64,000 bases of DNA from Adineta vaga (Eukaryota; Animalia; Rotifera): positions 16,058,001 through 16,122,000 of the forward strand of contig CP075492.1 in NCBI GenBank assembly GCA_021613535.1. Direction: 5' to 3'. Shown piece after piece: positions 63,883-64,000 of the stretch. The notes beneath the pieces are model-generated. The model did not search any database. It had not been told where the DNA came from and saw only the letters and a program-made list of their open reading frames with translations. The position numbers and the translations under genes were made by a program. The stretch's first letter is position 1, and each line of letters opens with the position of its first letter.

Positions 63883-64000
63883 TATATGTGCTCTTTGTAT
63901 TAATGAAAAACACGATCAACAAATTCAGTATAATATAGTGTTGAAGTGATGAGAGCATTTTCAAACATCATTTCTTTCCATATATAAAAAAATTCTTAAG

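Noticed and set aside
1-64000. Alternative genetic code or prokaryotic origin of the window
   Set aside because: All three stop codons terminate intact genes, and spliceosomal introns and metazoan gene families are present.

Overview
AT-rich eukaryotic DNA with short GT-AG introns (mostly 50-70 bp). It is most consistent with a bdelloid rotifer, judged from the lineage-type 7TM GPCRs, NHL-repeat proteins, astacin, NACHT NTPase, many foreign-looking genes and TGTGGG/TGAGGG telomere-type repeats. The window looks like an accessory or subtelomere-like region. It holds four GPCR genes (two are a recent duplicate pair), three NHL-repeat genes, an astacin, a claudin-like protein and a small Cys-rich peptide. 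Horizontal-transfer candidates are a TDT/Mae1 transporter, an APH-like kinase, a small SET protein, a 2OG-Fe(II) oxygenase, an MFS transporter, a BAHD acyltransferase, two pentapeptide-repeat genes and a beta-helix gene fragment. Several genes are pseudogenised. Mobile DNA includes an intact 3.4-kb TTAA-targeting Kolobok-type transposon inserted at the start of the NACHT gene, a hAT-type MITE, a TA-flanked MITE and a Tc1-like fossil. The most unusual signal is a dispersed family of about 15-20 short palindromes built from telomere-type repeats (consensus ATCTTGAGGGTGTGGGTG...CACCCACACCCTCAAGAT). One copy has a left arm expanded to about 330 bp, and three copies sit at points where genes are truncated. 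All family assignments come from motif recognition by eye; no searches were run.
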